From the NCBI RefSeq assembly GCF_001194135.2, contig NC_068981.1:178431771-178495770 (forward strand): a stretch of DNA of 64,000 nt. The letters run 5' to 3'. The position numbers and the translations under genes were made by a program. Each line of letters starts with the position of its first letter. The stretch's first letter is position 1. The notes below the pieces were generated by a model, which saw only the letters and a program-made list of their open reading frames with translations, did not search any database and had not been told where the DNA came from. The DNA is from Octopus bimaculoides (Eukaryota). Of this stretch, positions 37,648 through 50,175 are shown in pieces.

Positions 37648-37961
37648 ATCATCATCGTCGTTGTTTAATGTCCGCTTTCCATGCTAGCATGGGTTGGACA
37701 ATTTGACTGAGGACTGGTGAAACCGGATGGCAACACCAGGCTCCAATCTAATTTGGCAGAGTTTCTACAGCTGGATGCCCTTCCTAACGCCAACCACTCA
37801 GAGAGTGTAGTGGGTGCTTTTACGTGTCACCCGCACGAAAACGGCCACGCTCGAAATGGTGTCTTTTATGTGCCACCCGCACAAGCCAGTCCAGGGGCAC
37901 TGGCAACGATCTCACTCGAAAATCCTACGGGAGCCAGTCAGGCGGTACTGGCAACGGCCAC
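37648..37961 (-). mobile_element. Family B retroposon, intermediate length
   Basis: Conserved tail plus internal modules. Confidence 0.85.
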
Positions 37962-37974
37962 TATATATACTAAT

Positions 37975-38035
37975 ATATACTTTTGTTATTTACACCACCT
38001 GTCCTCGTCTGTTGTTATTATTTGTATATTCTCCC
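37975..38035 (+). mobile_element. Isolated terminus of the Penelope-type family seen at 32363
   Basis: ACACCACCTGTCCTCGTCTGTTGTT...ATTCTCCC followed by (AT)n; similar to 32895-32942. Confidence 0.5.
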
Positions 38036-39403
38036 ATATATATATATATACATATATATATATGTATGTAAAGATTTCTATTTAATGATTTGTCTCTTTA
38101 TAATGGAATTGTGGCATGTTTTCACAGCATTGTCTCATCCCACTTTGTTCATGTAACAGTATGATATTCTATTAGATATAATATTTAGTAACCTCCATAG
38201 GACGTGGTTTCAAAATTACTATAGTGATATATTTCTGGACAGTACACTATAATTTACAGTATTTCAGTCCATACAGTTTTAGAAATAGAGATAGCATTCC
38301 TCTATCTTGAAAAGTTATCTGCATTGTACTAGCATCTTATCTAGAAGTAGATTTATTTATAATTTCCTTCAGGCCATGAAACCAGAACTTGTCATCAGTT
38401 CATAGAATCTCCATGGGTCTTTAAGAGAGATATACAGTTCTGAATTAAAATTTTGGCAGAGTTTTGTTTGCCTTTTATTCCTTTGTAGCCTGTAATATAA
38501 GTATAATTGATATTGGCATTGATTCCTTGCAAAAGTGTTTAAAATGGAAATTTCAGTTCTCTTACTTCTGAATTCAAATCCTCATTATGTTGAGTTTGCC
38601 TTTTACCTCTCCAAGGGCAATAAAATTGTCTGTTAAATCCTGGCCACTTCAGTTGATGAATGTCTCTGTCCCTTGATGACCAGTTAGAGTATATTGAAAT
38701 TTCCAAGAAATTTGAAGTGTTACATTGAAATATTAGCTGGAAATAACTGACAGCAAAGAATTTGAAATATCCCATTGAAATTTTATGAAGCAAACAACAG
38801 TGTTCTAAGTATAGTATTAAAGATAGATAGTCAGATAGCTAGATAGAGCAATATACACTTCTCTTTACTCCCCCATTAACAGTTTTTTTTCTAATTGCCT
38901 TTCTCATGTACCTTTCTCTCTCATGTACAAAGTAGCAGAATGATAGAGAAAATGGTAACATTTTTAGAGGTCCTCAAATATTTACATAATAATAAAGTTC
39001 GTAAATGTTATATTTGTAGAGATGTAATTCTTAAGAAATATATTATTGATCTCTAGAAATAATGTATTTTAGCTTGTTTAATGCAATACAAGGCAGATGA
39101 TCAAAAGTTTACCATGAATATATATGAACGATGTGAATGAATATGAGCTTTGTTGATCAGATTAATAGAGTTAGGCTTATAATAATGATAAACCTTTCTA
39201 CTATAGGCACAACGCCTGAAATTTGGGGTAGGGGGCTAGTCAATTTCATTGATCCCAGTATTCAACTGGTACTTATTTTATCGACCGAAAAGGATGAAAG
39301 GTAAAGCTGATCTCTATGGAATTTGAACTCAGAACATAAAGCCAGAAGAAATGCTGCTAAGCATTTTGTCTGGCATGCTAACAATTCTACCACCTGACTG
39401 TAC

Positions 39404-39436
<33 letters not shown>

Positions 39437-40188
39437 TTATTTCTTATATAGGTACAAGGCCTAAAATTTGGGAGAATTGAGGTTTTGTTGATTAAATTAA
39501 GTTAATATTTGATTGGTACTTTTATTGATCATTGTGAGATGATGAGGGCAAAGTTGACCTTGGTGGGATTTGAACAAATATTACAAGGCATTTCATCTGA
39601 CACTCTAACAATACTGCTAACTGAACACCCTAATTATAAGAACAACAGCAACAATAATAATGTTGATGATAGAAATAATTAAGTTAAAAAAGACAAGGGA
39701 CAAAATCATTATGATCACATTGTTGTTGCATTTTTTCATATTGTCTTGTATAAGACAAATGTGTAACAGCAAATCTTTATTCATTTTCAGTCTTATGACA
39801 CCCAGTACATGAGACACGACATTCCCAAATATGGTTTTATCACTTTCTTCACATGTCTTTTGCTGCTACATTGGGTCTCCTCTATTGTCATCTCATAATA
39901 ATTTTCCACTCAGCACACAGTTTTAATTTCCATTACATGTCTGTGAGACCTTAGCTAGATCTCTTAGATTCTTGAACCAGTATTTTTTGATGTTCATGCA
40001 AATCTGTTTGAAGAGCAGAAACTGTTTAAAATGATAGGTTAATAAATATCGGAATATTATTGTATATTTAATAAATTATGATAATAGCAATCAAGGCTGA
40101 TTTTCAATAGTAATGTAATATATTTTTGCTGTTTCGCTAAGACTGTCTCCGCATTTCTCACAATGAATTTACTTTACTTTTATATTAG

Positions 40189-40273
40189 GTTTGCTAACAG
40201 TGCTATTAAAATGAATGATCCCCTGCAGACTTTGTATCAGCTTATGTCAGGTCGGCAACCTGCTTCTGTTACT
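40189..40273 (+). CDS. SEC16: SEC16 exon: FANSAIKMNDPLQTLYQLMSGRQPASVT
   Basis: TATTAG| and |GTAAGT; 85 nt, phase 2-0. Confidence 0.95.
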
Positions 40274-40444
40274 GTAAGTCCACTGAAATTCATAATTTAA
40301 CCATTTAGTGTTATTCTTGTAATTGTTTCCTTATTAATGTCCTTTTGCAAATTTCATAATTAACATTTTGTTATTTAGTTAATGCAAAAACAAAAACAGC
40401 TTTTTATAGATAACCTTGTTAAAATATTATTTTATTTAACACAG

Positions 40445-40562
40445 AGTCTTTGTGATGATGCTTGGGGTGATTGGCGGCCCCATTTAGCTATGATGCTGTC
40501 TAATCATTCCATGAGACCTGATCATGACAAGAAGAGTATCATTACCTTAGGTGATACTTTAG
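40445..40562 (+). CDS. SEC16: SEC16 exon: SLCDDAWGDWRPHLAMMLSNHSMRPDHDKKSIITLGDTL
   Basis: ACACAG| and AG|GTAAGT; 118 nt, phase 0-1. Confidence 0.95.
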
Positions 40563-40590
40563 GTAAGTTGAATTATTTTTGTTATATATG

Positions 40591-40717
40591 CAGGGTGTCC
40601 ACAAGGTCTGGGTACATGGAGTAAATAAAATCATAGCATAAACAATTAAATATAAGAAATAATAATTTCTTAAAGTATGTGTTAATCCCCATGTACCCAG
40701 ACTTTGTGGACACCCTG
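40591..40717. mobile_element. 127-bp Tc1/mariner-type MITE
   Basis: CAGGGTGTCCACAAGGTCTGGGTACATGG ... CCATGTACCCAGACTTTGTGGACACCCTG|TA; 29-bp TIR with one mismatch. Confidence 0.8.
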
Positions 40718-40866
40718 TATAAAACCTAAGGATGTGGCTATAGAAATATTTTAGTTACTGTTTGCTATTATTCTTTAGGTCAGGTAATCTTAACAATCAT
40801 TTTAGAGTATGAATGATAAAAATTACAAGTTTACAAACCTTGTATATATATTTTTCTCTCTTGCAG

Positions 40867-40978
40867 CTGCTAAGGGCTTTCTTCATGCCAGTCATTTCTG
40901 TTATTTGATGGCACAAGTTCACTTTGGCACTTACTCAAAAAAGACATCAAAGATTGTCCTCATTGGTTCATCTCACAG
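40867..40978 (+). CDS. SEC16: SEC16 exon: [38 protein letters not shown]
   Basis: CTCTTGCAG| and AG|GTAATA; 112 nt, phase 1-2. Confidence 0.95.
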
Positions 40979-41076
40979 GTAATAATATATTGTTAATATT
41001 CTTATATATATGTTATCTATACGTAAGTATGTGTCTTAAAATGTTGCTTATAATTTTTATTCAATATATTTCCTAG

Positions 41077-41182
41077 TTTATCTTTGAAAGAGTTTGCAAC
41101 CAATGAAGCCATTCAATGCACTGAAATATTTGAATATGCCCAGTCTTTGGGGAACCCTCACTATTTTTTACCTTCTTTTCAA
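41077..41182 (+). CDS. SEC16: SEC16 exon: [35 protein letters not shown]
   Basis: TTCCTAG| and |GTAAGT; 106 nt, phase 2-0. Confidence 0.95.
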
Positions 41183-41819
41183 GTAAGTACTTCCATATGC
41201 ATTTCTAAAACTCTCATTTTGTCTTATGTTTCTGTTTTATGTCTGTACTTTTTGTGAAATGATATTTTTCCCATTTTGTGCTTTCAAGATGAAAATTTGT
41301 TCTCTTAGCTTCTTCCCTTCATCACACCTCTAGCTCAGTTAAATAAAAATTATATCTTGTAAACCACTAAACTAGTTTGTGGTTTTTAGCTTTTAACTAT
41401 TCCACAATGTTGCCCATACTGCTCTATATAGTAAGTTTTAAAAGTTCCTTCTCTTTTTTCTAGGATATGGTATAGTTTTGCAATACTTAATACTATATCT
41501 ATTCTACTTTCCTTTTACTTTTGACATTGTTGACTTTTATTAAAACATCAGTCTTGATCTATTTCTAGATTTTAGACTTCTTTAATGTCTACTCCCATTA
41601 GTTTATGTTATATAAAATCTAAGGTATTGGTTCTTGTACTACCATAGATAATTTTTCTATTCTAAAAAGTGACTAATTCTGTCGGATGTGATTTATTATA
41701 CTGAAATTAAGGAGAGTAGCTTTATGTTATTTTAATGTAAGTATTGAATGAAAATTTTACGGTCCTTTGTTTGGAAAACTGTGACTTGTTAATGTTGTAT
41801 TTTGTAATTTTCTTTTTAG

Positions 41820-41873
41820 CCATACAAATTATTATATGCCTGTCGCCTAGCAGAGTATGGATTGACCCAAGAG
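41820..41873 (+). CDS. SEC16: SEC16 exon: PYKLLYACRLAEYGLTQE
   Basis: TTTTTAG| and GAG|GTAGGT; 54 nt, phase 0-0. Confidence 0.93.
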
Positions 41874-42183
41874 GTAGGTTTTGACTCTTGTAGATATAAA
41901 GTTTTAGTGCATGCTTTGTTTTCAATTAAAGTATATTCCTCATTTGGCAATATTGAATATCAGTTGAATTAAAGAATTTTATTTGATTACAATCCATCAT
42001 TTAGAAACAGTAACTTGTAAGAAAAGTGTTAATTACAAGCTAAAATGAAAGGGGTGTATTTATACTTTGATAGATATGAAAGCGAGAAAAGTTTTATAAT
42101 TAATACTTTATGTCACTGTACCATGTTTAGATGAAATCATTCTGGGATTTCAACTCTGTTATATTTTCAATGTCAATATAAGT

Positions 42184-42231
<48 letters not shown>

Positions 42232-42964
42232 AAACACGCATATATAAATAAAAGACAAGACATAAATATGTCATAGAAATTTGTAATGGCCATTATTTAT
42301 GCCTTGTCTTGTATATCACTCTGTGTAAAAATCAGTATAACTGGAACACAACCATGGATTTACAATATAGAATGGTGATGAACGATAACCTCGGACCCTG
42401 CCACAAGAATATGCAGAGTTCTTTACTAACCAAAACAATATTGTTGTCCTGGTGTACTAAAAGAGAGCTGGATTAATAACTTTGTTTTATTTATATATAT
42501 ATGTATGTGTGTGTGTGTGTTCAGTTGTTTTTCTTTTATATCCAATTTTTTTCATGCTAGCATAGTTTAAATGAATATAATAGTGAAGTGTTGTTTTAAG
42601 GGCTGGATGACCTCTGTTTTACCTACTTTCAAGTAAGGGATCTCTTATTTTACCTGTCTTCAAAGGCACCACATGAGCAGACAAATTGTTGGCAGAGGTG
42701 ATGATGAGCAACATTGCTTGTAACCCACGGTTTTTGTGGGGTGCAAATGTAAGCACCTCCCCCCAACATTTTAAAAAATTTCTGCCTACAAATTCACTCA
42801 CAACGTTTGGTCTTCCTGGGCTAAAATAGAAAACACTTATCCAAAATGCTGCTCTGTGGGACCAAACTTGAAACCGTGGGGATGAGAAGCAAACTTTTTT
42901 AACCACATCACACTTTATATAAAGATAGTTTTATATAAAAATGACTGAGTGGTTAATTCAGTAT

Positions 42965-43140
42965 ACATATACAGGGTTGGTGTGTTTATGTATCTCTAAC
43001 TTAGCAGTTTGGCAAAAGTGATCAATAGAATAAGTATCAGACTTTCAAAAAATAAGTACTGTGGTTGATTTGTTTGACTAAAATTATTCAAGGCAATGCT
43101 CCAGTATGTCCACAGTCTAATGACTGAAACAAGTAAAAGA
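42965..43140 (+). mobile_element. SINE family A 3' module, diverged
   Basis: GGTGTGTTTATG ... GACTGAAACAAGTAAAAGA. Confidence 0.65.
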
Positions 43141-43721
43141 CACACACACACACACACACACACATGCATGCATACATATGCATACATATGCATACACTGA
43201 ATTGATTCAATAAATGGCACATCTCTTCTGTCAAAATTTAGGCATAAACAAAAAAATTAGTTTGATAAAGCAAAATATAAAAATAGTTATATTTTTCTCT
43301 GAAATTGGAATAAAATGTCTTTTCAGGTATTTCTAATGTTTTTGTTTTTATGTTTAAATATTTGGCAGCCTGTCTTATTATCTAGGATATAGAGATGACT
43401 ATAGGAGTAAACTAAGGCAATGACTGCATAATCTTTTACACAAATTCCGTTTAACTGTTCATGTTTTATGGCAACAATTGAAAATACAAAAATCAAAAAA
43501 AAAAAGTTTAATCATTAAAATACTCCTACTCCCTCCCCCGTTTCTATATAAATATATGTTTAATATAGATTGTGAAACATGAAGACATCTGAATCGTCAC
43601 ATTTTGAAATGTAGCATACTAATGAAATAGAAATGTAGGAATATTGTGTAAGAATAGTAAAACTTCATATCTGGAACATTAAATTATCGATAATGGTGTT
43701 GTATTTTAAATTTTTCTACAG

Positions 43722-43808
43722 GCATTGCATTACTGTGAAGTGATAACATTATCTGTGATAAGTAACCCAGTTTACTATCAGTTAACTGTGGTTAAGGTGC
43801 TAAATGAG
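43722..43808 (+). CDS. SEC16: SEC16 exon: ALHYCEVITLSVISNPVYYQLTVVKVLNE
   Basis: TTTCTACAG| and GAG|GTAAGT; 87 nt, phase 0-0. Confidence 0.9.
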
Positions 43809-43936
43809 GTAAGTTTTTGCATCATTAACTTCATTTTTCTGCATCATAATTTATCAATTTATTCTTGTATATTTAGAATAGAATTTCTTTTAATTTGACA
43901 TGCCTCAAACTTTGTGTTGTCTTCAAAATTAAAGTA

Positions 43937-44400
43937 TTGGTTCATCCCATAAATAATATGGTTTTTTTTTTAATACTTCTTTTATATTTCAAAATTAAGA
44001 TAAACAAAGTTCTTTTTTAATCTAAAATATACTCTCCTTCATTTTCTACAATGCTCTTTCATCTATCTAGTAGACTTGCATGGCCCCTCTTCCAAAATTC
44101 ACTTGTCTGTGATGAAAAATACTCCTCCAGTACTGTTCTGATCTCGCCTACAGAATTCATATTTTTCTGTCCAAATGATTTTGAAGACTGTGGAATAATT
44201 GATAATCAGATAGGGCAATGTCTGGTGAATATGGTAGGTTGGACATCGTTTCCCATTCAAATTGCTCCAGCCTTTGGAATGTCATCCTTGCTGTATGTGG
44301 CTGAGCATTATCCTGATGGAAGAACACCTTTTGTCTTGAAACCAAAGATGGTCATTTTTCTTCTAGCACTGACTTTGAAGTCAATAAATGTCCAGACTTT
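43937..44400 (-). mobile_element. Mariner 3' fragment (same family as 62880-63909)
   Basis: TA|TTGGTTCATCCCATAAATAAT terminus; VFFHQDNAQPHTAR ... PYSPDIALSDY (ORF 44157-44345). Confidence 0.8.
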
Positions 44401-44637
44401 GCAAATGATTGTGAAGGACCAGAGAATTTGATATAATCGTATTTCCAGGCTTTTTCTTACAGTTTTATCATCATTTCAAAAGCCTTTCTTAAATTTCAAT
44501 TGAAGTTCAGTCAGGAAGCTTAGGCTGAATTTAAAAAAAAGTTTCTGGTTATGGGAGAGTTGTTCCCAAAGTAATAGTTTCTTTTTCAGGAAAACCTAAG
44601 TAAAAAATATGAATTTGTTAATGGTTTTTTTTTGTAG

Positions 44638-44742
44638 ATCTCCAATCGCCTGAAGTGTTATGATCCTCAGCATTTACAGCAAGGAGATATGTCTGATCCA
44701 GTTTGGTTACAACAGTTGGGAAACATCTGTAAAAACTTTGAA
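44638..44742 (+). CDS. SEC16: SEC16 exon: ISNRLKCYDPQHLQQGDMSDPVWLQQLGNICKNFE
   Basis: TTTGTAG| and |GTTAGT; 105 nt, phase 0-0. Confidence 0.88.
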
Positions 44743-45047
44743 GTTAGTAAAAGTTTTTGTTATAAATTTTTGTAGTTCTTCTCTGTCACAGCCAACTAGA
44801 TAGAACCAGTAAAAGACTTAAATATTTTTAATCTGTAACAAATAATATATATTTTTTAAATATTTGTACTTTCTATTAACATAAAAAATTTAATGCTTTT
44901 TTCACAAAATCTAAATTTACCAATGATATTGTAAGTACCAAATTGAACCTGAAAATAGAAACATACAATGCTCTTCATTGTTAATCTATAAATTTTCTAG
45001 TTTCTTCCTATCATTTTATAAAGAAATATATTATATTTGAAATTATA

Positions 45048-45375
45048 CTCTTTTACTCTTTTACTTGTTTCAGTCATTTGACTGTGGCCATGCTGGAGCA
45101 CCACCTTTAGTCGAGCAAATCGACCCCAGGACTTATTCTTTGGAAGCCTAGTATTTATTCTATCGGTCTCTTTTGCCGAACCGCTAAGTTACGGGGACAT
45201 AAACACGCCAGCATCGGTTGTCAAGCGATGTTGGGGGACAAACACAGACATACAAACACATACACACATACATATATATATACATATATACGACAGGCTT
45301 CTTTCAGTTTCCGTCTACCAAATCCACTCACAAGGCTTTGGTCGGCCCGAGGCTATAGTAGAATACACTTTCCCA
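45048..45375 (-). mobile_element. SINE family A, little diverged, cut by N-gap
   Basis: Closely matches the reverse complement of 13560-13967. Confidence 0.88.
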
Positions 45376-45615
45376 NNNNNNNNNNNNNNNNNNNNNNNNN
45401 NNNNNNNNNNNNNNNNNNNNNNNNNNNNNNNNNNNNNNNNNNNNNNNNNNNNNNNNNNNNNNNNNNNNNNNNNNNNNNNNNNNNNNNNNNNNNNNNNNNN
45501 NNNNNNNNNNNNNNNNNNNNNNNNNNNNNNNNNNNNNNNNNNNNNNNNNNNNGCCTGTAAACATTTTTTGAAGATTCGGGTGAAAGTACTATATTTAATA
45601 GAAATATTTCATTAA

Positions 45616-45846
45616 AGCGGTGAGCTGGCAGAAACGTGAGCACGCTGAACAAAATGCTTAGCGGTATTTCATTTGTGTTACGTTCTGTGTTCAAATTCCG
45701 CCGAGGTCGACTTTGCCTTTCATCCTTTCGGGGTCGATAAATTAAGTACCAGTTACGCACTGGGGTCGATGTAATCGACTTAATCCCTTTGTCTGTCCTT
45801 GTTTGTCCCCTCTACGTTTAGCCCCTTGTGGGCAATAGAGAAATAA
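45616..45846 (+). mobile_element. SINE family C with 15-bp TSD
   Basis: GAAATATTTCATTAA at 45601-45615 and 45847-45861. Confidence 0.92.
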
Positions 45847-45902
45847 GAAATATTTCATTAATATATTGTTGATTATTATCATTTTTGACTTTCCATTCAC
45901 AG

Positions 45903-46275
45903 GAAGGCGCAATACAGCCATTATCTGGTTCTGCTACACCATTAGGACCCCAAACAACGGCAACTAGCAGTGAAAGTGGAGAAGTGGCAAATTACCTAAA
46001 TAATATGCAAGATTCTTTGGTGTCTGGCTATTCACAAGGAGCAATGGGAAGTTATATTCAAGATCCACAATGGGGTGCACCTAGTATCTCAGCCGAGGCT
46101 GGTTACAGTGGAGAGCAACATCAACATCAGCCTTTTCTTGAACAGCATTTATCTAATAATAATTATTTTAACAATTCAGTTAGTGCACAACAACACTCTC
46201 AGCAACAAGTACTACAACATCAACAGCAATATCAGCAACAACTAAATGGTCAACAGCAGTTTCATGGAAATGCTG
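45903..46275 (+). CDS. SEC16: SEC16 exon: EGAIQPLSGSATP ... Gln/Ser-rich ... QQQFHGNA
   Basis: CATTCACAG| and G|GTAAAT; 373 nt, phase 0-1; ORF 45885-46400. Confidence 0.85.
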
Positions 46276-46507
46276 GTAAATACCTACAAACAGTTTTCTT
46301 TCGTACCATTTTAATTACACTTCTTCTAAATACATTGAAACACTCTGCATTGTTAATCAGATTTGTTTGCACAATCTCTTTATCATCATTACTAATATAA
46401 TATTAATGCCTCTTTTGATAGCCATAAAGACACTAGATTATATATATACACACAGATGTGTGTGTATAAACCTTTGTAGTAGAAATATAAACATGGCAAA
46501 TTTAACT

Positions 46508-46872
46508 ATCATCATCATCATCATCATCATCATTTAATGTCTGCTTTCCATGCTAGCATGGGTTGGACGATTTGACTGAGGACTGGTGAACCGGATGGCT
46601 GCACCAGGCTCCAATCTGATCTGGCAGAGTTTCTACAGCTGGATGCCCTTCCTAACGCCAACCACTCCGAGAGTGTAGTGGGTGCTTTTAAGTGCCACCT
46701 GCACGAGGGCCAGTCACACGGTACTGGCAACGGCCACGCTCAAAATGGTGTTTTTTTACACGCCACCTGCTCAGGAGCCAGTCCAGCAGCACTGGCAACG
46801 ACCTTGCTTGAATGATTTTCTAAATGTGCCACCGGCACAAGTGCCAGTAAGGCGACGCTGGTAACGATCATG
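46508..46872 (-). mobile_element. Family B retroposon, long copy
   Basis: (CAT)n, conserved body and three internal modules. Confidence 0.85.
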
Positions 46873-47229
46873 CCCAAAAATTGAAAAACAATGATGAACA
46901 CCTTTAATTGATTTTTGAACCTTAGTGCGTTCTCATCAGAGGTGTCTACATCATTTAACCAATCCCAGAGAAATAAGCAGCCTGTCTTTTTATGTATACA
47001 ACAAATCCAGTGGATTCAGAGAACTGTTTATATATTCTGGCTGTAAAACCAAACCAAAATGATATGCAAATGGGATGATGTCTCTCAATACATGCACACT
47101 GACTGTAATGACCTGTTCAACTTATGCCAGCATGCAAAGCAAATGAAATGATGGTTTATACACATACACTAAGTTATCTCATATATATGCTAGATTACTT
47201 TGTGTGTGTGTATATATNNNNNNNNNNGA

Positions 47230-48102
47230 GAGGATGCAATGGATAAATTGTTGCCATTTTATATTTATAATTTTGCGCATGCGCATTGTTTGTTTTTGAT
47301 TTTGTGTACTACACAGTATAGTAGGATCAGTTGGGCACAGTCTGTGAGAAAAACAGCACCATGATGCAATTCACTCTACCAGAAATTTTGAAATGACATA
47401 CTGTACTGCTTAGCATTCATGCTGGAAGCTGCAATACAAACATTTCAGAGTGTTTGGGTGTCAATCTGAGGACAGTGCTGAGAGTGATAAAAATCAAACA
47501 TCCAATCAGCATCATGGTGTTTGGAGTGATCATTAGTGATTGGCGACATTATGCCTCCATTTATCTTCCCACACGGCCTCAGAGTCAACACGGAGGCCTA
47601 TATCAAGTGCCTGGAGAAGGTAGTGCTGCTCTGGCTCAAGAGGATGACTGCTGGAAGACCCTATGTCTGGCAACAGGACTCTGCAGCATGCCACACAAGC
47701 AGGAGAACCTAGTTATGGCTGTCAGATAATTTCTGCGACCACATCACCCCTACCATCTGGCCACCTAACTCCCTAGACTGCCACTGCCTTGATTATTATG
47801 TGTGGGGCGCAGTTGAGCGAGAGATCAACAAAACTCTTTGTAACACCAAAGATGAACTGAAGGCAAGGATTATGGCCGCATTCACCAACTTAAATGAGGA
47901 GACTGTCCAGAAGAGTTGCAGGAGATCCTGAAGTCGTCTGGAGGCCATGGTTGAAGCCAATGGCGATTTTATTGAATAAATTTACTCTTTAGTATTTCAA
48001 GATATTTTTATGTACTTTTGGTAAATATATCTGCGAAAATGAGATGTCAGTGTTATTTTAATTTTTGTGTAATTTAGATGATAGTATATTCACCGCATCC
48101 TG
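47230..48102 (+). mobile_element. Internally deleted maT (DD37D) element, second copy
   Basis: GAGGATGCAATGG ... CACCGCATCCTG|TA termini; WQQDSAACH ... WPPNSLDCHCLDYYVWG; homologous to 5540-6763. Confidence 0.85.
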
Positions 48103-49214
48103 TANNNNNNNNNNNNNNNNNNNNNNNNNNNNNNNNNNNNNNNNNNNNNNNNNNNNNNNNNNNNNNNNNNNNNNNNNNNNNNNNNNNNNNNNNNNNNNNN
48201 NNNNNNNNNNNNNNNNNNNNNNNNNNNNNNNNNNNNNNNNNNNNNNNNNNNNNNNNNNNNNNNNNNNNNNNNNNNNNNNNNNNNNNNNNNNNNNNNNNNN
48301 NNNNNNNNNNNNNNNNNNNNNNNNNNNNNNNNNNNNNNNNNNNNNNNNNNNNNNNNNNNNNNNNNNNNNNNNNNNNNNNNNNNNNNNNNNNNNNNNNNNN
48401 NNNNNNNNNNNNNNNNNNNNNNNNNNNGGAAGTCTTGCCTTATACATCCCCAACTCTCCATTTTCTTACCTTATTAATAATAATAATAATAATATATATA
48501 TATATTCTTTTGTTTGTTTCAGTCATATGACTGCAGCCATGCTGGAGCAGTGCCTTTAGTCGAACAAATTGACCCCAGGACTTATTCTTTGTTAGCCTAG
48601 TACTTATTCTATCGGTATCTTTTGCTGGACCTTTAAGTTTTAGATTAGTGGTAACATCCTAGTAGGCTAAGTTTCTCACATAGATTTTTCACATTTATTC
48701 TTGTGATTCTTATGTCCTTGAGGAAAACATGTTATCCACAACCAATTTAAATGTTAAGACTTTTGCATATTGGATGAAAGCAATTGAAAAGTGCTTTTGT
48801 GAGCATTCATTTGCTATAATAGGATTATAATAAATTATATTTGGACATGGAGATACTGATATTGAGAAAAAAAGGGAAAATAAAGATTGCCAAAGATAAT
48901 TATAGCCTAAGATAATAAGAGTAATGTTCCTTGCTAAATAGCAGCCTTTGATTCTTAACTTATTACCATTATACTTCTTATAACATATTTTTTACTAGCT
49001 CCAGTCAGTGGACTGCATTCATGCTGGGGATTTTACTAGAAAAGCTCTTAGTTGATTATATCAATCACAGATTTTAGTCAAGCATTTATCTTATCAGCTT
49101 TGAAAGTGAACAGCAGGCAAAGTCAGTATGGTGTAAAGGGACATAATGAAGGCAAATCAAAATATTGCTAGGCATTTTCATTTAGTGCTCTGATTTTGCA
49201 CTCTCACTGTGTAC

Positions 49215-49757
49215 ATACATCAATGGCTGATGCATCTGGACACATCTTCAGTCATGTGCCTAGTATCTTTGAGTGTTTCAAGTCTTACAACATCAGACAC
49301 CCTCCTCCAGGTGACCCAGCTGAGGCTGATCAGGCACCGGCTTGTGTCTAGATGGCTGGTTAGCTAACCCATGGCTCTCCACTTTTGATCCACAGCCATC
49401 TTGAGGCCCCCTTTGCCGCATCAGTGGTACTGCAGATGGTCTTCCTCCTCACTCCTTCGATGCCTAAACTGGGAAACCCCTGCATCCAACCTCCACTGGG
49501 AGACACCTCGCTCTCCAACCAGCCCGCTGGCAGTCACTGACCAGACCCACGTACTTACAGAGCTTTCTCTCAAAAGCTTCTTCCAGACGATCTTCCCGTG
49601 GGACAGTCAGCTCCAGCAGCAGCACTTGCTTGGTGGACACTTGGACATGAGGACAATGTCTGGTCACAGAGTGGTGACTGCAATGTGGCCAAGGAACTTT
49701 AGCTGATGCTCAAGATCCACCAGTAGCTACCAGTCTCTTGCAGATGTTAGGATACTA
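49215..49757 (-). mobile_element. 3' fragment of a non-LTR retrotransposon with a restriction-like endonuclease (HERO-like)
   Basis: Minus strand: SARDW*LLVDLEHQLKFLGHIAVTTL*PDIVLMS / STKQVLLLELTVPREDRLEEAFERKLCKYVGLVSDCQRAGWRARCLPVEVGCRGF / SLGIEGVRRKTICSTTDAAKGASRWLWIKSGEPWVS*, then a 3' UTR. PD...E..K nuclease pattern. Confidence 0.8.
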
Positions 49758-50043
49758 TTCAAGCGCACACATATATATTCATTTGCATAAATGCTTATGA
49801 CTGGCTTTTACTGATCCCATTTACCAAATTCAACTCAAAAGGCTTTTGTTGACTTGAAGCTATGGCCGAGAAAAATACCGAGTGTCACACAGTGGACTTG
49901 AAGATGGAAACATGAGGTTGTGAAGCAAACATTTTAATTATACACTCAAGTATATAAGTTCAAATATATTTGTATGAGAATTCATTTTTCTATTTCTAGT
50001 CATTCAGGTTTCATTCCTTGTAATATTTTATTGTTATTTATAG

Positions 50044-50062
50044 AATATTCCTATAATTATAC

Positions 50063-50095
<33 letters not shown>

Positions 50096-50175
50096 GCCAC
50101 AAGAATCTATGTATAACTATCAAGAAGAAACAGATGGACTTCAGAATTCAAATTATCACCAGAATGCCCCTCAAG
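50044..50175 (+). CDS. SEC16: SEC16 exon: EYSYNYT(Q)11PQESMYNYQEETDGLQNSNYHQNAPQ
   Basis: TTTATAG| and AG|GTAAGA; 132 nt, phase 1-1; (CAA)10CAG. Confidence 0.8.
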
